Shown in pieces: positions 8,237-16,096 of a stretch of 37,570 bases of DNA. Origin of the DNA: Minisyncoccota bacterium (GTDB lineage: Bacteria > Patescibacteriota > Minisyncoccia > UBA6257 > 2-01-FULL-56-20); NCBI GenBank assembly GCA_035541855.1, contig DATKMM010000031.1, positions 1-37,570 on the forward strand, in the 5' to 3' direction. Position 1 is the first letter of the stretch. Every line of letters starts with the position of its first letter. Made by a program: the position numbers and the translations under genes. Below the pieces are notes generated by a model that saw only the letters and a list, made by a program, of their open reading frames with translations, did not search any database and had not been told where the DNA came from.

Positions 8237-8246
8237 GCGTCGCGGC

Positions 8247-8427
8247 CCCGCCCCCTCCTGCCTGCGCCGGAGAACCCGGTGGAGGCGAGTGAAACCGGCG
8301 GCAGCCGCTGGCCGCGCGCTAACCTGTCCGGGTGCCCGCTTTCCGAAGCAGGGCGGCAGGTTGAGCAGCGGCCGAGGCTGCCGCCCGGGCCGGAACAGGT
8401 TCTCCGGCGCAGGCAGGAGGGGGCGGG
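8247..8427 (+). ncRNA. candidate structured RNA, copy 1 (rod-like extended hairpin, unknown family)
   Basis: A perfect 30-bp closing helix (8247-8276 with 8398-8427) and an inner helix (8297-8305 with 8377-8385). The 71-nt core at 8306-8376 is repeated at 10544-10614 with 2 substitutions. The apical hairpin is GCUU-UCCG-AAGC. Strand is inferred from G.U wobbles. Confidence 0.45.
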
Positions 8428-8442
8428 ACAGGCAAGCGGAAA

Positions 8443-10014
8443 TTGTCCATCCGTATTAAAATGAATTCCATGGCAGACAAAAAGAAGCGCACGGCAGTCC
8501 TCATCGTCCTTGACGGGTGGGGCATCGGGCGGCACGACGAATCGAACCCGATCTATATCGCGAAACCGCCGACGTTCGAATACCTGAAGCAGACCTATCC
8601 CATGACGAGCCTCCAGGCGTCCGGCATCTCGGTCGGCCTGCCGTGGGGCGAGGTCGGCAACAGCGAGGTCGGCCACTTGACGCTCGGCGCCGGCAAAGTG
8701 CTCTACCAGTACTATCCGAAGATCACGATGGCGATCCAGGACGGCAGCCTGTTCCAAAACCAGGCGCTCCGGGACGCTTTCGCGCACGCCCTGCAGAACC
8801 AGTCGGCCGTGAACTTCGCCGGCCTCCTGACCAAGGCTAACGTGCACGCTTCGCTCGACCACCTCCTCGCGCTCGTGAAGGCCGCGCAGGCCGCCGGTGT
8901 CGCGAAGATCAACCTCCATCTTTTCACCGACGGGAAAGACAGCCCGCCGCACACCGCGCAGGTTTTCCTGAAAGAGGTCCCCAGGGAATATCTTGCGACG
9001 CTCGTCGGCCGCTACTACGCGATGGACCGCAACGAGAACTGGCGGCTCACCGAGACCGCGTACCAGGCGATGACCGGTCAGGTCGGCCAGCTGGTGGACG
9101 ATCCCGCGACACCGCTCGAAGCGGCGTACCAACAGGGCATGACAGAGGAATACCTGCCTCCCGTCCGCTTCGCCGATGATAAAAAGATACAGGACGGCGA
9201 TTCGCTCATCTTCTTCAACTACCGCGAGGACAGCATCCGCCAGCTCGCGTCGTCCTTCATCCTGAAGGACTTCGACAAGTTTCGGACCGTCGCTTTCAAC
9301 GATCTTTTCATCGCGACGATGAGCCACTACGACGACCACTTCGACGCACCCGTGATCTGCGTCGCGGACACCGTACAGGAACCCCTCGGCAAAGTTTTCT
9401 CGGACCGCGGCATGTCCCAGCTCCGGCTCGCGGAAACCTATAAATACGCCCACGTCACCTATTTCTTCAACGGCCTTCGCGAACCGCCCTTCCCCGGCGA
9501 ATATCGCACGCTCATCCCCTCGCTCTCCGGCGCGCGGCCCGAGGAGCATCCCGAAATGATGGCCGGTGCCATCACCGACCGGCTCATCGAGGCGATCAAA
9601 AACCGCGGCTTCGACTTCATCCTGGTGAACTACGCGAACGGCGACACGATGGCGCACACCTCCGATTACAACGCCGCGCTCGCCGCCGTGAAAACCATCG
9701 ACCACGAGATCGGACGCGTGCTCGCCGCCGCGGAAAATCCCGATACGATCGTCGTCATAACTTCCGACCATGGCAACATCGAGGAAATGATCAGCCCCAT
9801 CACCGGCCTTCCCGAAAGCCAGCACGACGCAAGCCCCGTGCCCTTCCATGTCGTCGCGCAAGAGCTCAAAGGGAAGGTGTTCATCAATGCCGATTCGTAT
9901 GAGCTCGAAACCCTCGGCTCCCTCGCCGACGTCGCGCCAACCATCCTCGAGCTCATGGGCATCGGGAAACCACCCGAGATGACCGGCCGCAGCATCCTTG
10001 ACGAGTTGGGATAA
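8443..10014 (+). CDS. gpmI: 2,3-bisphosphoglycerate-independent phosphoglycerate mutase
   Basis: iPGM motifs VLIVLDGWGIG, GNSEVGHLTLGAG, TDGKDSPP and ITSDHGN. The start is ambiguous among in-frame ATGs at 8443, 8461 and 8470. Confidence 0.88.
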   Translation: MSIRIKMNSMADKKKRTAVLIVLDGWGIGRHDESNPIYIAKPPTFEYLKQTYPMTSLQASGISVGLPWGEVGNSEVGHLTLGAGKVLYQYYPKITMAIQDGSLFQNQALRDAFAHALQNQSAVNFAGLLTKANVHASLDHLLALVKAAQAAGVAKINLHLFTDGKDSPPHTAQVFLKEVPREYLATLVGRYYAMDRNENWRLTETAYQAMTGQVGQLVDDPATPLEAAYQQGMTEEYLPPVRFADDKKIQDGDSLIFFNYREDSIRQLASSFILKDFDKFRTVAFNDLFIATMSHYDDHFDAPVICVADTVQEPLGKVFSDRGMSQLRLAETYKYAHVTYFFNGLREPPFPGEYRTLIPSLSGARPEEHPEMMAGAITDRLIEAIKNRGFDFILVNYANGDTMAHTSDYNAALAAVKTIDHEIGRVLAAAENPDTIVVITSDHGNIEEMISPITGLPESQHDASPVPFHVVAQELKGKVFINADSYELETLGSLADVAPTILELMGIGKPPEMTGRSILDELG

Positions 10015-10060
10015 ATAAGGTAATATAGAGACAGCAACCCCGAAAGGAGCAGCTTTATCT

Positions 10061-10414
10061 ATGAAATCGACTCTGGTCGCACTCGTGGTGCTTGCCACTC
10101 TCATCGTAGTGGCAACCATCGGAGTCCTACGAGGTACGTCTTCTGCTACCATTCTCGTGGTCACCCTGACTGCAGGAATGGCAGCGTGTGTCGCTGCCGC
10201 TCTATGCGGCTCGACATGGGACGGCGGGTTTATTCTCGCCGGCAAGATCGCCGCCGGATACATCGGCGCCGCTTTTGCCATCGGCAGCAGCAGCCGCCCA
10301 GCAGGGTTTATCATTGCGGGCGCCGCAGCAGCCAACGTCGTTGCTGTGTGGGTAGCGTACGAATTTAAACGGTCCCACATACACCGGCAGGCAATCCGCC
10401 GACTCGCCCTATAG
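10061..10414 (+). CDS. hypothetical small multi-pass membrane protein
   Basis: 117-aa Ala/Gly/Val-rich ORF with 3-4 predicted TM helices. A strong SD (AAAGGAG) lies 8 nt upstream, and a strong terminator follows the stop. Confidence 0.6.
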   Translation: MKSTLVALVVLATLIVVATIGVLRGTSSATILVVTLTAGMAACVAAALCGSTWDGGFILAGKIAAGYIGAAFAIGSSSRPAGFIIAGAAAANVVAVWVAYEFKRSHIHRQAIRRLAL

Positions 10415-10417
10415 TTC

Positions 10418-10458
10418 CCGCTCCGTGCACGCGTCGTCGTGTCCGGAGCGGTTTTTTT
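10418..10458 (+). terminator. intrinsic terminator
   Basis: CCGCUCCG (10418-10425) pairs with CGGAGCGG (10444-10451), extended by an inner GCACG/CGUGU helix, and is followed by a run of 7 T (10452-10458). Confidence 0.7.
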
Positions 10459-10479
10459 ATAATGCCAAGAATTGCGTAT

Positions 10480-10673
10480 GCCGGGACGGGATGCCGTTCC
10501 GGCACTCCGAAAACCCGTCGCGCCGAGTGAAATTTGCGGCATCCGCTGGCCGCGCGCTAACCTGTCCGGGCGCCCGCTTTCCGAAGCAGGGCGGCAGGTT
10601 GAGCGGCGGCCGAGGATGCCGCCCGAAGGCGCGGCAAGGTTCGAGGAGGGCAGGGACAGCATCCCGTCCCGGC
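10480..10673 (+). ncRNA. candidate structured RNA, copy 2 (same family as 8247-8427)
   Basis: A 15-bp closing helix GCCGGGACGGGAUGC (10480-10494) / GCAUCCCGUCCCGGC (10659-10673). A second helix 10517-10524 / 10628-10635 includes a U.G wobble, and a third is 10536-10543 / 10615-10622. The conserved core is 10544-10614, and it shares the GAGUGAAA junction (10525-10532). Confidence 0.45.
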
Positions 10674-10677
10674 GTGT

Positions 10678-10683
10678 TATAAT
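10678..10683 (+). promoter_or_regulatory. -10 box (TATAAT) positioned for a leaderless transcript of the downstream membrane-protein gene
   Basis: TATAAT at 10678-10683, then exactly 6 nt (GAACCC), then ATG at 10690. There is no SD. Confidence 0.35.
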
Positions 10684-10689
10684 GAACCC

Positions 10690-11058
10690 ATGCACTGGCT
10701 CATGAAACTCATCCTTATCGTGGCCGCCAACGCCCTCGCGCTCTGGCTCGCCAACCTCTGGGTCCCCGGCTTCGTCGTGCAGGCCCCCATCCTCGGCCTC
10801 GCCATCATCGCCCTCACGCTCACCGTCCTGAACTTCCTCCTGAAGCCCCTGCTCACCCTCGTCCTCGGCCCCATCATCATCCTTACGCTCGGCCTCGGCC
10901 TCATCGTCGTGAACGCCATCGTCCTGTGGTCGCTCGCCTACCTGGCCAACCACCTTGACTTTATGCATGGAAGTATTACGATACAAACGATTCCCGCGCT
11001 CTTCTTCGCAACCCTCATCGTGAGCGCCATAAACTTTATCGTCCATTCAGCCACCTAA
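10690..11058 (+). CDS. DUF360 / phage holin family 4-like (YvlD-type) membrane protein
   Basis: 122-aa four-TM protein. The sequence LWLANLWVPGFVV...LNFLLKPLLTLVLGPIIILTLGLGLIVVNAIVLW matches the characteristic DUF360 pattern. Confidence 0.65.
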   Translation: MHWLMKLILIVAANALALWLANLWVPGFVVQAPILGLAIIALTLTVLNFLLKPLLTLVLGPIIILTLGLGLIVVNAIVLWSLAYLANHLDFMHGSITIQTIPALFFATLIVSAINFIVHSAT

Positions 11059-11062
11059 TTCC

Positions 11063-11275
11063 ATGGCCATCATACAGATCCTGCTTTCCGTCGCCATCAT
11101 CACGCTCATCCTCCTCCAGCAGCGCTCGGCCGGCGTGTCCGGCCTCATGGGCGGCGGCGACAGCGGCGGCGTGTACCAGACGCGGCGCGGAATGGAAAAG
11201 ATGTTTTTCTATGCGACCATCGTCCTCTCGGCTGTTTTCGTGATCCTCGCGGTGTATCAGCTGTTCGTTTCCTAA
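11063..11275 (+). CDS. secG: preprotein translocase subunit SecG
   Basis: 70-aa two-TM protein with the typical SecG layout: LLSVAIITLILLQQRSAGVSGLMGGG...GMEKMFFYATIVLSAVF. Confidence 0.7.
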   Translation: MAIIQILLSVAIITLILLQQRSAGVSGLMGGGDSGGVYQTRRGMEKMFFYATIVLSAVFVILAVYQLFVS

Positions 11276-12922
11276 ATGTCTTTTTTTAAAAAGCTTTTTT
11301 TCGCGTTCACCGGAAAAGAACGCATCGCCTTTCTCGCCTGTTCGGCCATCGCAGTGGCAAGCTTCGCGATCGTCATGAGCATGGTCGTCGCGCAGGCGAC
11401 CGTCTCGGTCCCGACCCAGGGCGGCACCTATACCGAAGGCATGGTTGGGCAGCCGGAATACGTGAATCCGGTGACGGCGCAAAGCGAGGCCGATCTCAGC
11501 CTGGTCAAGCTGGTCTACGCCAACCTGACCGACCTGGCGGACGACATCACCACCTCGACGGACGGGCGGACCTGGACCGTGCATCTGAAAAACGGCCTTA
11601 CGTGGCAGGACGGCCAGAAGCTTACGAGCGATGACGTCATTTTCACCGTCCAAAGCATCCAGGCCGCGGACGCCAACTCGCCGCTCTATACCAGCTGGGA
11701 GGGCGTCACGGCAAGCCGCGTGAGCGAACTCGAGGTCCAGTTCACGCTCGCCAATCCCTATGCGTTCTTCGGGGATGACCTCGATGATCTCTATATCATC
11801 CCCAAGCATATTTTCGCCGACGTGCCGCCGGGCAATTGGTATCTCTCGGACTACAACCTGAAGCCGGTCGGCAGCGGGCCGTATGAGTTCACCGCCTACG
11901 ACGAACAAGATGACGGCTTCATTTCCGGCTACCACCTCACGGCATGGAGCGGCTACGCCGGCCGGCAGCCTCTCATCCAGAACTTCAACGTCCAGTTCTT
12001 CCGCAACGAGGCCGACCTCGTCGCCAGCTTCAATGCGGGACAGGTCGACGGCTTCGGCAACCTTTCGGCCGGAGACCTCGCGGAGATCAGCCGGCCCTAC
12101 AATCTGTTCGCGTGGCGCACGCCGGGCTACTACGCCATTTTCTGGAACGAAAGCAAAAACATCGCCCTGCAGGACCCGGCTGTCCGTCAGGCGCTTTCGG
12201 AAGCCGTCGACCGCGACGCGCTCGTTTCGCAGGCCCTGGCCGGCTATGGCGCCGCCGATGACGGGCCGATCCCGCCGGACGCCCCGTACTTCGTCCCGAC
12301 CGGGGAAAGCTCGTCGCCCGATCTCGCTTCGGAAACCCTTTCGCAGGACGGCTGGACCATAAGCTCTTCAAGTCCGTTCCGGTCGAAAACGATCCAGAAG
12401 ACATCCGTGCCGCTCGCCGTCAACCTCACGGTGCCCGATATCAATTTCCTCGTCACGACGGCAGGGATCCTCCAGGGAGCGTGGCAGTCCATCGGCGTCC
12501 AGGTGAACATCGCCACCGACACGCCGGCCGACCTCGTCGCCAATGCGATCAAGAACCGCGCGTACGAATCCCTGCTTTTCGGCAACGTGCTCGGCCCCAG
12601 TTCCGACCTTTACTCGTTCTGGGACTCGTCACAGCGCTTCTCGCCCGGCCTGAACCTCGCCATCTACCAGAACAAGGCCGTGGACTCGCTTATCGAGGCG
12701 GCGCGCCAGGAGCTCGACGACGCTTCGCGCACGCAGGAGTTTGCCGCGGCGGAACAGGATATCGTAAACGACGATCCCGCCGTCTTCCTCTATTCCCCGG
12801 ACTACCTCTATATTTCAAGCCGGGACGTGCAGGGCGTGGCGACCGGAACGCTCGTCGATCCGTCCGACCTCTCGCGCGAAATGACGGGGTGGTACCTCGA
12901 CACGGCGAGGGTGTTGAAATAG
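11276..12922 (+). CDS. ABC-transporter family-5 (peptide/nickel type) substrate-binding protein, N-terminally membrane anchored
   Basis: 548 aa with an N-terminal TM anchor and an SBP_bac_5-like block LTWQDGQKLTSDDVIFTVQ. The start ATG directly abuts the secG stop. No permease or ATPase genes are adjacent. Confidence 0.7.
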   Translation: MSFFKKLFFAFTGKERIAFLACSAIAVASFAIVMSMVVAQATVSVPTQGGTYTEGMVGQPEYVNPVTAQSEADLSLVKLVYANLTDLADDITTSTDGRTWTVHLKNGLTWQDGQKLTSDDVIFTVQSIQAADANSPLYTSWEGVTASRVSELEVQFTLANPYAFFGDDLDDLYIIPKHIFADVPPGNWYLSDYNLKPVGSGPYEFTAYDEQDDGFISGYHLTAWSGYAGRQPLIQNFNVQFFRNEADLVASFNAGQVDGFGNLSAGDLAEISRPYNLFAWRTPGYYAIFWNESKNIALQDPAVRQALSEAVDRDALVSQALAGYGAADDGPIPPDAPYFVPTGESSSPDLASETLSQDGWTISSSSPFRSKTIQKTSVPLAVNLTVPDINFLVTTAGILQGAWQSIGVQVNIATDTPADLVANAIKNRAYESLLFGNVLGPSSDLYSFWDSSQRFSPGLNLAIYQNKAVDSLIEAARQELDDASRTQEFAAAEQDIVNDDPAVFLYSPDYLYISSRDVQGVATGTLVDPSDLSREMTGWYLDTARVLK

Positions 12923-12960
12923 GTTTCGGGGTGTGCTATACTGATCTTTCATCCAGTCTG

Positions 12961-13044
12961 GCTCGGGTGGCGGAACTGGCAAACGCGCACGTTTCAGGTA
13001 CGTGTGGCCGTAAGGCCTTAGGAGTTCGACTCTCCTCCCGAGCA
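12961..13044 (+). tRNA. tRNA-Leu (anticodon CAG), type II with long variable arm; CCA not encoded
   Basis: Manual fold: acceptor GCUCGGG/CCCGAGC, anticodon stem CACGU/ACGUG with loop UUCAGGU, variable arm GGCCGUAAGGCC, and T arm AGGAG-UUCGACU-CUCCU. Confidence 0.9.
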
Positions 13045-13087
13045 CTATAAAAATTAAATAAATATAAATTAAGCATCAATACTAAAA

Positions 13088-15070
13088 ATGATCAAAAAAT
13101 CAGAACCACAGCCGCAGAAAGACCGGCCGCACATCCGGCCGCCGGAGCTGCGGCCCCGGCCGGCCAAAACCGCGCCGAAAGAACCGGGTGCCGTCCAGGC
13201 CGGCCGCGACGCGGAACGGAAGCCGAACGCCGACCGACCGCGCGGCCCGCGTGCGCCGCGGCGGCAAAGTCTCCCGCCGGTGGGAGCGATATCCCGTTCG
13301 AGCGCTTCGAAGTTCGGTAATAGCCACGGCGGCCAGTTCGGCGCCAACGGTAACGCCGGCCGCGACGCGGCCGGTGCCGGCGCGGCGCCGCGCGGCAATC
13401 CGGACGCGGTGCGCTTCGTCCCGCTCGGCGGCCTCGAAGAGATCGGCCGCAACTGCATGTTCCTCGAATACAGGAACGAGATCGTCCTGATCGACGTCGG
13501 CCTCCAGTTCCCGGAGGAAGAGACGCCGGGCATCGACTACATCATCCCGAACGTGCAGTATCTCGAAAAGAAAAGGCAGAACATCCAGGCGATCATCCTG
13601 ACGCACGGCCACTACGACCACATCGGCGCCCTGCCGCACCTTCTGGCGCGCCTCGGCAATCCCCCGATCTACGCCACCTCGATCACGAAAGCGATCATCG
13701 AGAAGCGCCAGGACGACTTCCCGAACTCGCCGAAGATGAAAGTGATCACCATAAAGAACGGCGACGAGATGAAGATCTCGAACGCCTTCACGGCGCGCTT
13801 TTTCGGCGTGCCGCACACGATCCCGGAAACGACCGGCGTGCTCATGAAGACGCCGATCGGCAACATCGTGCATTTCGCCGACTTCCGCCTCGACTATACG
13901 GATGAGGGCGAGCCGCAGGGACTCGAGGAGTTCGAGCGCATCGGCAAAATGGGCATCCACAGCTTCATGGTGGACAGCACGGCCGCCGAACGCCCCGGCC
14001 ATTCCGTTTCGGAGAAGACCGTCGAGCGGAACCTCGAAGAGATCTTCCGCCAGGCGGAGGGCCGCATCGTGGTCGCCACATTCGCATCGCTCATCACCCG
14101 CATCGCGGAGATCATCAAGATCTCCGAGAAGCTCGGCCGCAAGGTCGCCCTGAACGGCTACTCGATGAAAACGAACATCCAGATCGCCGAACAGCTCGGC
14201 TTCGTGAAGGCCAAGGAGGGCACGATCGTCGCCGTCGAAGAGCTCGGCAAGTACAAGGATGACAAGATCATGATCCTCTCGACGGGCGCGCAGGGCGAAT
14301 CGAACGCCGGCCTCATGAAGATGATCAACGGCGAACACCGCCATATCAAGATCAAGCCGGGCGACACGTTCGTGCTCTCGTCCTCGGTCATCCCGGGCAA
14401 CGAGCGCAGCGTCCAGTCCGTGAAGGACAACCTCGCGCGCCAGGGCGCCATCGTCTACCACTCTGCGCTCGTCGACATCCACTCGTCCGGCCACGCGCCC
14501 AAGGAGGACCTCAAGCTCGTGATGAAGCTCATGAACCCGAAGTTCCTCGTCCCGGTGCACGGCTACTACTTCATGCGCGCCGCGAACGGCCAGTCCGCCC
14601 GCGAGGTGGGCATCCCGAAGGAGAACGTCATCCTGATGGACAACGGCCAGGTCGCCGAGCTCACGCCGGACAAGTTCACGATCACCAAGGAAACCGTGCC
14701 GGCATTCTACGTCATGGTGGACGGCCTCGGCGTCGGCGACGTCGAGGAGGTCGTGCTCCGCGACCGGCGCGCGCTCGCCGCGGAAGGCATGATGATCATC
14801 ATCCTCACGATGAGCCACAACGGCGGCAAGGGATCGCACCTGCTGAAAAACCCCGACATCATCTCGCGCGGCTTCATCTATCTGAAGGAGAACCAGGACC
14901 TCCTCGACGAGATCCGCAAGCGGATCCGCGGCCTCATGCAGCGCCTGCCGCAGAACCAGGACATCGAGCCGGATTACCTGAAGACGCTCATCCGCGACCA
15001 GGTCGGCCAGTTCATCTACAACGCCACCCGCCGCCGCCCGATGATCCTCCCGGTGATAATTGAGATATAA
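13088..15070 (+). CDS. rnj: ribonuclease J with a roughly 105-aa Arg/Pro-rich N-terminal extension
   Basis: A metallo-beta-lactamase/beta-CASP core begins at VRFVPLGGLEEIGRNCM and carries the motifs ILTHGHYDHIGALPHL and IHSSGHA. There is no in-frame ATG between 13088 and the conserved core. Confidence 0.85.
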   Translation: MIKKSEPQPQKDRPHIRPPELRPRPAKTAPKEPGAVQAGRDAERKPNADRPRGPRAPRRQSLPPVGAISRSSASKFGNSHGGQFGANGNAGRDAAGAGAAPRGNPDAVRFVPLGGLEEIGRNCMFLEYRNEIVLIDVGLQFPEEETPGIDYIIPNVQYLEKKRQNIQAIILTHGHYDHIGALPHLLARLGNPPIYATSITKAIIEKRQDDFPNSPKMKVITIKNGDEMKISNAFTARFFGVPHTIPETTGVLMKTPIGNIVHFADFRLDYTDEGEPQGLEEFERIGKMGIHSFMVDSTAAERPGHSVSEKTVERNLEEIFRQAEGRIVVATFASLITRIAEIIKISEKLGRKVALNGYSMKTNIQIAEQLGFVKAKEGTIVAVEELGKYKDDKIMILSTGAQGESNAGLMKMINGEHRHIKIKPGDTFVLSSSVIPGNERSVQSVKDNLARQGAIVYHSALVDIHSSGHAPKEDLKLVMKLMNPKFLVPVHGYYFMRAANGQSAREVGIPKENVILMDNGQVAELTPDKFTITKETVPAFYVMVDGLGVGDVEEVVLRDRRALAAEGMMIIILTMSHNGGKGSHLLKNPDIISRGFIYLKENQDLLDEIRKRIRGLMQRLPQNQDIEPDYLKTLIRDQVGQFIYNATRRRPMILPVIIEI

Positions 15071-15077
15071 TAGGAGC

Positions 15078-16067
15078 ATGGCCAAACCGATCCTTTTTTC
15101 CGGCATCCAACCGACGGGGCGTCTTCATATCGGCAACTACCTGGGTGCACTGAAAAATTTCGTCGAACTGCAGAACTCCGGAAAATATGACTGCTATTTC
15201 TGCATCGTCGACCTGCATTCGTTGACCGGCGATTTCAACCCGAAAGAAAAATCGGCGCAGATCCTGGACCTCGCCGCCGATTTTCTCGCCGCCGGTCTTG
15301 ATCCGAAGCGCTCGGTTATTTTCCAGCAATCGCAGGTCCCCGCGCATAGCGAGCTCACCTGGATCCTGAACACGATCACGCCAATGGGCGAACTGGAACG
15401 GATGACCCAGTTCAAGGACAAATCCGGACGCCAGCGGGAGAATGTGAACGTTGGACTTTTTGATTATCCGGTTTTGATGGCCACCGACATCCTCCTTTAC
15501 GGAACCCGAATCGTCCCGGTGGGAGACGACCAGTTACAGCACCTTGAACTCACCCGGACGCTCGCGCGCAAATTCAATACTCGCTTCGGGCAAACCTTCA
15601 CCGAACCGAAAGCCCTGCTCACCAAAACGCCGCGCGTGATGAGCCTGAAAGATCCGACGAAGAAAATGTCAAAATCAGTGCCGGAAGGATGCCTGTTCCT
15701 CGACGACGGACCGGATGACATCGGGTCCAAGATCGCCCGGGCCGTGACCGACTCCGGCTCGGAAATCGAATACGACCCCGAACGCAAACCGGGGCTTTCC
15801 AACCTCTTGGAAATATACGCGGCTTTCGGCGGATATGGACCGGAAGAGGCAGCAGGGAGATTCGCCGGAAAAAATTATTCTGATTTTAAAAGGACGCTCG
15901 CGGAGCTCATCGCCGACCACTTCGCCGGATTTCGCGCCGCAAAAAAAGCACTGCTTGCAAAACCCGCGACGCTCGTCAAGACGTTGGATGCCGGTTCGAA
16001 AGAAGCATCCAAGATCGCCGAGGCTAAAATGACAGAGATAAAAGAGAAGGTGGGGCTGGTCGTCTAA
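15078..16067 (+). CDS. trpS: tryptophan--tRNA ligase
   Basis: FSGIQPTGRLHIGNYLGA (HIGH region) and KMSKS are present. AGGAG lies 3 nt before the ATG at 15078. The track ORF start at 15060 overlaps the rnj stop and is less likely. Confidence 0.9.
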   Translation: MAKPILFSGIQPTGRLHIGNYLGALKNFVELQNSGKYDCYFCIVDLHSLTGDFNPKEKSAQILDLAADFLAAGLDPKRSVIFQQSQVPAHSELTWILNTITPMGELERMTQFKDKSGRQRENVNVGLFDYPVLMATDILLYGTRIVPVGDDQLQHLELTRTLARKFNTRFGQTFTEPKALLTKTPRVMSLKDPTKKMSKSVPEGCLFLDDGPDDIGSKIARAVTDSGSEIEYDPERKPGLSNLLEIYAAFGGYGPEEAAGRFAGKNYSDFKRTLAELIADHFAGFRAAKKALLAKPATLVKTLDAGSKEASKIAEAKMTEIKEKVGLVV

Positions 16068-16096
16068 ATTAAACAGGCATAAAAAAGCCGGAGACG

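Noticed and set aside
8306-8376. The structured-element core as SRP (4.5S) RNA, because of GUCCGG and GAAGCAG words
   Set aside because: The SRP helix-8 consensus (GGUCCGGAAGGAAGCAGCC with a GGAA tetraloop and symmetric/asymmetric loops) is not reproduced. Here the words belong to different helices and the loop is UCCG. Two copies would also be unexpected. RNase P (GAGGAAAGUCCGGGC P4) and tmRNA signatures are likewise absent. A 6S-like architecture cannot be excluded without a covariance-model search.
8247-10673. The two hairpin-forming repeats as integron attC sites flanking a gene cassette
   Set aside because: In attC sites the conserved parts are the terminal R/L core sites (GTTRRRY/RYYYAAC) and the centre varies. 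Here the centre is conserved and the ends vary. The core motifs are absent and there is no integrase nearby.
8230-11046. 938-aa minus-strand ORF, the second-longest ORF in the track
   Set aside because: It runs antisense across gpmI, two membrane-protein genes and both structured elements. Its translation is Arg/Gly/Asp/Val-rich low-complexity sequence with no recognisable motifs, while the plus-strand genes have clear family signatures. It is a typical stop-free antisense frame in high-GC DNA.
13100-15106. 668-aa minus-strand ORF
   Set aside because: It is antisense to the well-supported RNase J gene and has the Arg/Asp/Val/Leu-rich composition typical of a reverse frame.
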